This document shows positions 24,201-34,606 of a stretch of DNA of 55,067 bases, piece after piece. The notes below the pieces were generated by a model, which saw only the letters and a list, made by a program, of their open reading frames with translations, searched no databases and was not told the origin of the DNA. Origin of the DNA: Mesotaenium endlicherianum (taxonomy: Eukaryota); NCBI GenBank assembly GCA_009602735.1, contig WELA01003054.1, positions 565,873 to 620,939 of the forward strand. The letters are read 5' to 3'. How positions within the stretch are numbered: the first letter of the stretch is position 1; each line of letters opens with the position of its first letter. Position numbers and translations under genes: made by a program.

Positions 24201-25467
24201 TCTTAGGCACCGAGAACAAATTCTTCACGAGTTGTGGTGTATGCAAGACATCCTCTAGCGTGAAAAGCAACTCTTCCTTGCCAACCTGTACTACCAACTC
24301 CACCTTTCCTGTACCAACTCCATAGAGATTTTTGCCATCTCCTACACGAATAGGAATGGGCTCACATGACTTATACTCGAGCAAGATATCCCTACGTGGC
24401 GTAGAGTGCCTGGATGCCCCTGAGTCAACGTACCAAGCATCTCTATCGTGCCCATCACACACGCATGCCTCCTCAATGGTCATAGCATGAGCATTCTCCA
24501 TGTTGGGGACGAAGGTGGTACCTTCTCTCTTCTGAGTGCAGTTCCTGGAGATGTGGCCCTTCTTGTTGCAATTGTAGCATGTGATGTCCCAGCAGGTTCT
24601 TGCCATATGTCCTGACTTGCCACAATTGTTGCACGTCACTGACTTGCCACCTCCTTGAGGCTGATTGCCTCCTCGACCTCCACTTCTTTGGCTGCTGCTG
24701 GCGATATTTGCTTCCTCCACCACCTCCACCAGTCGTCCTTCTTGAATCTTGTAGTGCTTCTCTCCCAACACATAAAACGCTTGCTCAGTACCAGTCACAC
24801 CTTCTCCAGCCTTTCTTTCATACTCCTTCTCTCTATCAAGAAGACTCAACCTTGCCTTTCTCAAAGTGAGCTGCTCCTTAGGTAAGTTACGCAAAACGTC
24901 CTTGGTCATATCGTACTCAGGCCTAAGTCCAATCAATAACTGCTTAGCTTGCTCATAGGCGGTCTTTGGAACACCTATAGATGTCCACTCCTGACTCAAC
25001 AAGTTCATCCTTGTGAGATATGAAGACACGCTCTCACCACTTCTCATTTTGAAACTTGTAAAGTCCTCAGTAAAGTTTTGCTGACTAGCGGTGCTCTCAC
25101 TCACATAGTCCTCTTTGAGTGCGTCCCACATCTCCTTACTAGTCTCAAGATGGAAAACATTCACTAGGGGTTCTCTCTCCAAACTCTTGACAATCAAGGA
25201 GTAACAGAAATTCTCCCTCTTTTGCCACGCATCACGAGCCTTCTTGTTTGCAGTCACTTGGGCAGCAGTGACTCCATCGCTCGCTACAAGTAAGACGGGC
25301 ATAGTATCATCTGCAGTGATAATAGACATCAAGTGATAACGCTTCAGCACCGCCTTAGCTCTCACGGCCCACACCAAATACTCTGTGCCATTGAACTGTG
25401 GGATCTCCTTGGATCCTCCCGAACTTCCTCCGATACCATGTTGAAACTCACTACTTTCTTCATCCAT
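21275..25467 (-). pseudogene. Disrupted copia gag-pol of copy 1
   Basis: Two CCHC knuckles (CNNCGKSGHMARTC, CYNCNKKGHISRNC), protease WYVDSGAS, integrase WHQRLAH..CRGC and YSPQQNG, RT QMDVKTAFLNG/YVDD, RNase H SDWGG/EAEY/IADPLTK. Broken by a TAG at 23617-23619 (CAG in copy 2), a ~140-bp deletion near 22652 and a TAA at 22187-22189. Confidence 0.95.
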
Positions 25468-25891
25468 GGCATGCTCTATCACTCTCACACTTGAACAAAC
25501 TTAGACTCAAAATATAGGATAGCACAAAAATACACAAGGTGCCCAACTCTCCACTTTACTGAGTTAGTTTCCTGAGTTACAATTTCTGTTCTTAACTCAC
25601 TACGCCACTCCGCCACTCTGCCCCCTCTGCCCCCTTTGCCCCCTCTGCCCATCTGCCCCCCCTAACGAACGTTCACAACATCTTTGTTGTCGTGTGAAAG
25701 TGACAACTCATAGTTACTAACTTACTCGAACGATTACCAACAAACGACTAACTTATGAACCGTATTGACTAACGACAAACCAAGCAAGGCCATCGACGCC
25801 CTGGCGCGCGTCACGCATCGACGCGACACCCACTCGCCTAGTCACGACAAAGTAGAATTAAGAGGGCCGGCCTATGGACCATATTCAAACA
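25439..25891 (-). repeat. 5' LTR of copia copy 1
   Basis: Homologous to 20780-21255 (about 16 mismatches in the first ~155 nt, counted by eye); abuts the PBS. Confidence 0.95.
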
Positions 25892-27047
25892 ATATTGAAC
25901 GCCCATATTTTGGAAGGAGTTATCACCCATGCTTACACCAATCGATTGTCAATTAGAGCCCGTCAATGAAGGGCGAGTTTGGTTTTTTTTGTTTTTTTCA
26001 AAGATTAAAGAGCTCGCAGTCGTAAAACCTTTTTTGCAGGGTATTTTAGTGCACCAGAATGGAAACCCATCGCAACAAAACCTTGAGCAACGATCCCATT
26101 TGGAATAGAGGAAACTCAAAGTGACCCATCCTAATTGGTATGGGATCACTTCGCATCGCATTTTGTGTCTATTGATTTGGGCCGGTTTGTGACTTGCAAA
26201 GAGTAAGGGTATACAACTAGTTGGCACCAGGAGCGCCCTCAAAATTAGTAGAGTATCAACACATTGTTTAAGAGGTGGCGTGTATTAGAGTGCGTAGAAG
26301 CATGGAGGTAGCCATGCTTGGTCATGGCCGCAGCATCTTCGACGAGTTGGCGTATACACGAAGGCGTTCCATGTCGGCTGGCGTTTATGTCATTGTATCG
26401 AACCTGGACACGCTTGAAGTTTGCCTCACTGCGAGTTTGCAATTATTCATGGTATTTCAAAGTTTTCCACAAAGTTTTTAATGTACTGAGACGTGGTCGA
26501 CGCTACGGTGAAGACCGTCTAGCGCGCTTGTAAAAACGTCGAATGGGACCCTACTGTAAACGTCTAAACGCTTCGAGCTGCTTCGAGCTGCAACCGGAGA
26601 ACCAGGTGTTGACGGCCGAAACGGGGCCAGGACAAGGCCAGAGCGCGCCACTTGGTACAGGGCGCCTTGGAAAATGCGAACTGACTCGGGAATTTGAATA
26701 TCACGAGTCCGCTCCGAGACTTCAGCTTAAAGAGCTCCTCATGCACACAAAATTGTAATCTGATTGCGAGCTTAATGACACGTATAATTGACCAAAGAAA
26801 CCCAGTAAACGTCGATTTATTGTACGGCAGACCCAAATCATACGGCATATGCTTCAGATGCTTGTATTTACTTCACTCGAGGCTTCAAATGTGCTCTCGA
26901 GGGTGGTCCAGCAGGTAGTGTGGAGTAGACTAGATGACCTTCAGACACGGAACGGGAACTGTTGATATTTGATACTAGCTGACCTTTGAGTGCAATACGA
27001 TGTGCCTTCTTTGGTCTTGATAAGTGACAATTGACTAACGTGGACTG

Positions 27048-27128
27048 CCTGGATACCGCTGATTGTAGTCTGCCCTTTGCACTTCAACCTGGATACCGCT
27101 GATTATATATCAGCCCTTGGCACTTCAG
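27048..27128. repeat. ~40-bp tandem duplication beginning CCTGGATACCGCTGATT
   Basis: Copies start at 27048 and 27088. Confidence 0.85.
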
Positions 27129-27723
27129 CTTCAAGATCAACATGAGTAGCTTCCGTGGGTGGTCCTGAAGGTAGTGGTATTAACTAAAGGATCATTACAA
27201 ACAAGTTATTAGCTGACCTTCGAGTGAAGTGGCCACATCAGCTGCTCGTGCAATGAATTGTGCTCGATCATTCCTTGCTCCCTGTCTCGCAACGGCTATT
27301 TCATTAACTAGTTGGAGGTGTCCTGATTATATCTAAAAGTGTAGTACTTATTTCTGTACAATTTCTACGTTGAAGGCACCGACGAGGCTGCAGAGAGTAT
27401 ACGCTGAAAATCGAGGAGCAAGCGCACGTCATTGTGCGTCCTCCATCACACAGAGGACCAGAATCAGAATCAGTAAGCATTCGAACATCTACCTGTACGA
27501 TGACTGATATCTGGAGCAAAGGTATCCAAAACCGCCCCAAGACGTCACCTCACTGTCTAGGTGTCTTGCAGCACAACCCTAGTCCTGTGAGAGCTGCTTT
27601 GCAGCTGTGCAAGACTACCTTGACAGCATCCTTGACGAAGATTCACGCATTCTTTGTTGAACAATGCTTCCTCTTCCTTGCCCCGTTATGACCTTGTCTT
27701 TGGTGCAAAAAGAATGCGAGGAG

Positions 27724-28654
27724 ATGACGTGGGTCAGGAGGATCGTGGAAGAAGACGTCTTTCAAGAATCAGATTCCTCTCACATAGGTGTGAAGCAATG
27801 GTTCTGCATCACTTGCAAGCAGCAGTGCCACTTAGACAGTGATGGTCACGCAGGCCACCAAATTCTTCGAGTGTATAGGCATCTAAAGGCTTCTGTTCTC
27901 TGGAAAAAGGATGCCACAAAGCACCTCAAATGTTTAGATATCCAGGTAAAGTCCCCAAAGAAACTTTTTGTTGCTGCTGCCAGTTGCTAGATGCCATGTG
28001 TTTGAAATGCCTTGCATACAAGCCTATCCAGATACATGCTAAGAAATTGGTGACTCTCATTTACAAGTGTGTTGACATTCTTCAATTCTTCCATCTTGTA
28101 CCTTGCAGAACTTCACAGCAACGGAAGCCATTGTGGTGTTCTTGAGAACCCCACCCGGGTCAAGGGCTGTTGGACACTCCAGATGCGAAGCTTGGGGGAA
28201 GTTGCTTCGGGAGAAGATATTTCACTTTTGCAGCATCGACTGCAAGGTCAAAATATCCTGTTTGTCCACATTTTTATTTTTCTTCTGGACTTGAATGTTG
28301 CTTGCAATTGGATCGATATTGCAGTTGGCCATTTCTCCCCACATTCCTTTGAAGGCTTCTCTAGTACCAAGGTGAATGTGAGTGGCTGACAGGGTCAATG
28401 TAAGTGGCTGTGTTATGCAGGTAAAAATTGTCGAAAAAGACATCTTGAAGGCCTGTAAGGAAAATTCCTGCACCTCTGCCAGTCGCAAGAGGACTAGGGA
28501 CTTGACGGCTGAAGAAAGAACTTCAGAAATTTCAGAGTATCCAAAATCAAGCAAACTCACAGCAGCAGCAGCATTTGCTGCAGCACCTGAGGGTGCTGCT
28601 TCACAACTAACCACCACCCAAAGTGGCTCAGCGAGTTGGCCGAGGCATTGTTAG
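27724..28654 (+). CDS. Divergent PLATZ-like zinc-finger transcription factor (possibly degenerate)
   Basis: Exons 27724-27945, 28109-28246, 28421-28654 (phase-0 GT-AG). W..I....F, FCITC..C.....HAGHQILRVYR, DIQ|NFTATEAIVVFL and CEAW...FHFCSIDCK line up with the PLATZ pattern (FCLDC..C..H..H..IQIRR..., VQTY..N...VFL, C..C...FCSL.CK). The start codon is uncertain. Confidence 0.75.
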
Positions 28655-29255
28655 ACGTCAAGTGGGCTGCTCTTAACAAGGTTGCTGCCCAGGAGCACGT
28701 GAAGCTGAAGCCTAGCCAGGCATCAGCAACAGATAACGCTCTTGACTTTGAGCAGCTGGCAGCTAGTTCCAACTAGCTTGTGATAATTTACACACATGTA
28801 AATTATGAATGCAAACAGCATTGGTTGAATGGAGTCATAGTGTGTAGGAAGCCTAGAGCATCTTGCTCCAGGCTTTTTCTTTTTGACAAATTCACATTCT
28901 CCCAAGTGGGATGTATGTAACCAAAATGTGCTGCAATAAGTTATATGATTTGTTCTCCTTCTTATATTGTCACCCCATATGCGTGGTGGATTCTCTCTCT
29001 CTCTCTCTCTCTCTCTCCCTCTCTCTCTCCCTCTCTCTCTCTCTCTCTCAATGTGTGCGTGCGTACGGGCGCCTGTGTGTCTGTGTGCTAGTGTGTGTCT
29101 TTGTAGTTGTGTGTGGTGTGCGCGCTTGTGTGCCCCCCAGTGTGTATGAGCATTGCCCTTCTGACTAGCTCACTGCGGCTTTATATATGGACAACATGAG
29201 CAAGGAACAAACAACGAATTATTCAAAATGTCCTGCGGTGCATGAGTGCAGACAG

Positions 29256-29763
29256 TGTTGAAACTCACTACTATCTTCGTCCATGGCACACTCTATCACT
29301 CACACACTTGAACGAACTCAGACTCAAAACATATGATAGCATGAAAAGTACACAAGGTGCCCAACTGTTCACTTTTACTGATTTAGTTTTCTGGGTTACA
29401 TTCTCTAATCTTAAATAGCTCACTATACTCTGTGAACTCTATGCGCCACCCCGCCACCCCGCCACCCTCCCCGCCACCCCGCCACCTTGCCACCCCGCCA
29501 CCCCTAACAAACGTTCACGATCGTTCGTGAACGTTCACAAACGTTCACGACATCTTCGTTGTCGTGTGAAAGTGACAACTCATAATTTCTAACTTACCCG
29601 AACGACTACCAACAAATGACTAACTTACAAACCGAACTAGCTAACGATAAACCAAGCAAGGCTATCGACACCCTGGCGTGCGTCACGTATCGACGCGACA
29701 CCCACTCGCCTAGTCACGACAAAGTAGAATTAGGAGTGTCGGTCTACGGACCATATTCCAACA
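29256..29763 (-). repeat. 3' LTR of copia copy 2
   Basis: tgttgaaactc...ccatattccaaca, followed by the PPT. Confidence 0.95.
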
Positions 29764-29782
29764 CTCCCTCTCATCTCCTATT

Positions 29783-32700
29783 CTACTTTGAAACAAAATT
29801 TCTCAAACCAAACATAGAAGCACACCACTGATGCTTTGTCCTAGGTACAGCCTTTGTCAAAGAATCGGCAATCATTCTGTCAGTTCTCACGTAGCGAAAC
29901 TCAACACTACCGTCTTGTACACACTCTCTACTTTTATGATATTGAATGTCTATGTGCTTACTCCTACCATGCTCCACTGGATTCTTTCCCAAAGCAATGC
30001 ACCCCTGGCTATCACTGAAGATTGTGGTAGCCCACTCCTGTTTGTAGCCCAAGTCTTCAAGTAGTCTTCTCAACCAAAGTGCTTCCCTCACTGCTTGTGA
30101 CGCTGCCATATACTCAGCCTCCATGGAAGACAATGCCACTACTTTTTGCCTCTTACTTTTCCATGTCACCGCTCCCTTGCCCATCGTAAAGACATACCCT
30201 GTTGTTGACCTTCTAGTGTCAAGGTCACCGCCCCAATCTGAATTACTACTGCCCTCCAGCTTCACACTGTCAGTTTCTCCCAAGTGTAACCACAAATCCG
30301 GTGTTCCCTTAAGATACCTCAAAATCCCCTTAGCTGCTTCCCAATGTGCTGGTCCTGGATTCTGCATGTACTGACTGATGACTCCTACTGCATTTGCTAT
30401 ACTAGGGCGGGTGCACACCATGAGATACATTATACTACCCACTAACTTCCTATAAGGCACCTGGGACATCATCTCCCACTCTTGCTCACTCTGTGCACAC
30501 ATGCCCGCACTCAACTTGTGATTAGGATCTAGAGGTAGACTCATGGGCTTAGAGTCTTGCATGTCGAACCTCTCTAGCACTGTCTGCAGATACGCTGGTT
30601 GCCCAAGTATGATAACCCTGTTGTCCTTATCCCTCTTAACTTGAATGCCCAAAACAAACTCAACTTCCCCCAAGTCCTTCATATCGTAGGTGGCTGACAA
30701 AAGATCCTTCACCTTCTGAATCTCACTCATACTTTTCCCCACTAGTAAAAGATCGTCCACATAAAGTACCAATATCACCTTGCTATCTCCCTTCCCTCTA
30801 ATATAAAGACTGCTATCGGCGTCCGACTTGATGAACCCATGATGTTGTAGAAAGCTATCTATCTTTTGATTCCACATCCTCGGTGATTGCTTTAGCCCGT
30901 ATAAGGACTTCCTTAACCTGCAAACCTTTTTGGGGTACTTCTCATCCACAAATCCCTCTGGCTGCTCCATATACACTTCCTCCTCAAAGTCCCCATTGAG
31001 AAATGCCGTCTTCACGTCCATCTGGTGAATCTCAAAGTCCTCTATAGCCGCAACCTGCAACACTGCTCTGATGGTGGCTATCTTAGCTACCGGTGCAAAC
31101 GTCTCGTGATAATCCTCTCCCTCTGTCTGTGAGTAACCCTTAGCAACAAATCTAGCTTTGTACCTATCCACCATTCCATCAGCTTTTCTCTTCACCCTGT
31201 AGACCCATCTCCCCCCTACTACCTTCTTCCTTGGTGGTAGATCCTCTAAGTCCCAAGTATAGTTAGCTCTTAAAGAATCCATTTCCTCAATTGAGGCTTG
31301 TTTCCACTTCTTCGCTGAATCATTTTTCATGGCTGCTGCATAGGTCTTAGGCTCGCTAGCATCTAACATGTATGCTTCTCCAAAATCTCCTGCCTCATCC
31401 AAAGCTACATCCTCGGCTAAGGTTATAAAGTCCTCAAACCTCTTTGTTGGCACACGTGCCCTAGAGCTCTTACATGGAGGAGGATCCAAACCACTAGTAG
31501 AGACCTCTCCCCCTGCTGGTGACACAGCCCCTCTTGCAACTCCCTCTTCAATCGTGGACTCCCCTCTTAGAGTAGACTCTTGTGCTTCCTCGTTTCCCTC
31601 CCTTTGCTCTACCTCTACCCTTGCTGCAGGCTGCTGAATGATCGAAGGTGCTTGCTCCCCAAGTGATGTGACATGCTCCCCAAGTGATGTGACAAGTAAT
31701 GGTAACTGCTGAATTCTCTCCTCAAGATCATCCTTCGATGCAAACTCATCGTACACTTGTGAGCTACCCGGATCCATAATGCGCTCATTGAAGACAACAT
31801 CTCTGCTCACAAATACTACTCCTGTATCTGGCCTCAGCAACCTGTACCCCTTGCTGTCAGTGTCATAGCCCAAGAAAACGCACCTTTCTGCCTTCGGTTG
31901 CAGCTTGTGTCGCTTCTCCTTTGGGATGTGCCCCCAAGTCTCTGTGCCAAACACCCTCAGCCGATCAACAAACACCTTCTTGCCACTCCATAGCTCCTCT
32001 GGAACCCCCTCATCAAGAGCACTTGAGGGCAGTCGAGCCCACACGTACGTAGCTGTCTTCACAGCTTCCGCCCACAAGCTAGGGTGGAGACCAGCAATAA
32101 ATATCATTGACCTTGCCGAGTTCACGAACGACCTGTTCAACCTTTCTACCACTCCATTCTGCTGGGGTGAGTACGCCACTGTATGTTGATGTTTGATTCC
32201 CTGATCCGCCAGAAACTTGATGAAGGGCCCATTGACATATTCTTTCCCATTGTCTGTCCTTAATGTCTTGATGCTCTTTCCACACTGCTTCTCCACCATA
32301 GCCTTATACTCCTTGAATTTCTCGAATGCTTGATCCTTGGTCCTCATGAAGTAAACCTCTGACTTCCTAGAGTAGTCATCTGTGAATGTCACATAATATG
32401 AATGCAAAGTCTTCCTTGCTGGTATACCAGCTGGCCCCCAAACATCCGAATATACCAACTCTAGCACTTCTGTGGCTCTTGTAGCTCCCTCCTTTGGAAA
32501 TGCTATCCTTGTCTGCTTACCCATCTGACACCCTCTACAAAACTCAAGCGTTTGACCACTAAAATCTGGTAAACCCCTCTCCTTGTCCTTGCTCATCAGC
32601 TTCTGTTCACTTGCATGTGCTAACCTTTGGTGCCAAAAGTTGATGTCTCCCTTCAACTTCGCATCTCCTTGGGCCAAATATACTTGACTAACCTCTGTTC

Positions 32701-34139
32701 CCTGAGCCAGGCAAGCAGAAACAAGCTTAGCCTGGCCCTTCACTTGAAATAAACTTCCTCTACTGTCGGGCTTGAGAGCTACAGCTGCTGTATCTCCCTT
32801 GTTGTTGAGTATTCTACACTCTGATCCTTCAAAGATCACCTTGTTGCCCAAAGACGTAGTTTTCGGCACCGAGAAGCTGTGGTGTATGCAAATTCTTCAC
32901 AAGCTGTGGTGTATGCAAGACATCCTCTAGCGTGAAAAGCAACTCTTCCTTCCCAACCTGTACTACCAACTCCACCTTTCCTGTACCAACTCCATAAAGA
33001 ATATTGCCATCGCCTACACGAATAGGAATGGGCTCACATGACTTATACTCGAGCAAGATATCCCTACGTGGCGTAGAGTGCCTGGATGCCCCTGAGTCAA
33101 CGTACCAAGCATCTCTATCGTGCCCATCACACACGCATGCCTCCTCAATGGTCATAGCATGAGCATTCTCCATGTTGGGGACGAAGGTGGTACCTTCTCT
33201 CTTCTGAGTGCAGTTCCTGGAGATGTGGCCCTTCTTGTTGCAATTGTAGCATGTGATGTCCCAGCAGGTTCTTGCCATATGTCCTGACTTGCCACAGTTG
33301 TTGCACGTCACTGACTTGCCACCTCCTTGAGGCTGATTGCCTCCTCGACCTCCACTTCTTTGGCTGCTGCTGGCGATGTTTGCTTCCTCCACCACCTCCA
33401 CCAGTCGTCCTTCTTGAATCTTGTATTGCTTCTCTCCCAACACATAAAACGCTTGCTCAGTACCAGTCACACCTTCCCCAGCCTTTCTTTCATACTCCTT
33501 CTCTCTATCAAGAAGACTCAACCTTGCCTTTCTCAAAGTGAGCTGCTCCTTAGGTAAGTTACGCAAAACTTCCTTGGTCATATCGTATTCAGGCCTAAGT
33601 CCAATCAGTAACTGCTTAGCTTGCTCATAGGCGGTCTTTGGAACACCTATAGCTGTCAACTCCTGACTCAACAAGTTCATCCTTGTGAAATATGAAGACA
33701 CGCTCTCACCACTTCTCATTTTGAAACTTGTAAAGTCCTCAGTAAAGTTTTGCTGACTAGCGATGCTCTCACTCACATGGTCCTCTTTAAGTGCGTCCCA
33801 CATCTCCTTACTAGTCTCTAGATGGAAAACATTCACTAGAGGTTCTCTCTCCAAACTCTTGACAATCAAGGAGTAACAGAAATTCTCCCTCTTTTGCCAC
33901 GCATCACGAGCCTTCTTGTTTGCAGTCACTTGGGCAGCAGTGACTCCATCGCTCGCTACAAGTAAGACGGGCATAGTATCATCTCCGGTGATAATAGACA
34001 TCAAGTCATAATGCTTCAGCGCCGCCTTAGCTCTCACGGCCGACACCAAATACTCTGTGCCATTGAACTGTGGGATCTCCTTGGATCCTCCCGAACTTCC
34101 TCCGATACCATGTTGAAACTCACTACTATCTTCGTCCAT
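29783..34139 (-). pseudogene. Copia gag-pol of copy 2, split by one frameshift (gag-PR 32829-34139; IN-RT-RH 29783-32869)
   Basis: The 1028-aa pol ORF has [36 protein letters not shown] and IADSLTK. A 13-nt insertion at 32876-32888 relative to copy 1 shifts the frame. Confidence 0.95.
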
Positions 34140-34606
34140 GGCACACTCTATCACTCTCACACTTGAACGAACTCAGACTCAAAACATATGATAGCACGAA
34201 AAGTACACAAGGTGCCCAACTCTTCACTTTTACCGAGTTAGTTTTCTGGATTACATTTTCTAGTCTTCAATAGCTCACTATACTCTGTGAACTCTATGCG
34301 CCACCCCGCCACCCCGCCACCCCGCCACCTTGCCACCCCGCCACCCCTAACAAACGTTCACGATCGTTTGTGAACGTTCACAAACGTTCACGACATCTTC
34401 GTTGTCGTGTGAAAGTGACAACTCATAATTACTAACTTACCAGAACGACTACCAACAAATGACTAACTTACGACCCGAACTAGCTAACGATAAACCAAGC
34501 AAGGCTATCGACACCCTGGCGTGCGTCACGTATCGACGCGACACCCACTCGCCTAGTCACGACAAAGTAGAATTAGGAGTGTAGGTCTACGGACCATATT
34601 CCAATA
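34111..34606 (-). repeat. 5' LTR of copia copy 2
   Basis: Homologous to 29256-29763 (about 9 mismatches in the first ~165 nt, counted by eye); abuts the PBS. Confidence 0.95.

Larger units (their letters stand above)
20780..25891 (-). mobile_element. Ty1/copia LTR retrotransposon, copy 1 (full length, disabled)
   Basis: TG...CA LTRs at 20780-21255 (3') and 25439-25891 (5'); 5-bp TSD ATATT at 20775-20779 and 25892-25896; Met-type PBS TGGTATCGGAG at 25428-25438; PPT at 21256-21271. Domain order gag-PR-IN-RT-RH. Confidence 0.97.
29256..34606 (-). mobile_element. Ty1/copia LTR retrotransposon, copy 2 (full length, one frameshift)
   Basis: LTRs at 29256-29763 (3') and 34111-34606 (5'; terminal CA mutated to TA); TSD GACAG at 29251-29255 and 34607-34611; PBS at 34100-34110; PPT at 29764-29779. 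Same family as copy 1. Confidence 0.97.

Noticed and set aside
21615..33557. Antisense ORFs repeated in both copia copies
   Set aside because: They are shadows of gag-pol, repeated only because the elements are homologous.
20780..34606. One composite LTR element carrying PLATZ, or a segmental duplication
   Set aside because: Each element has its own matching TSD (ATATT versus GACAG), different flanks and different LTR minisatellites.
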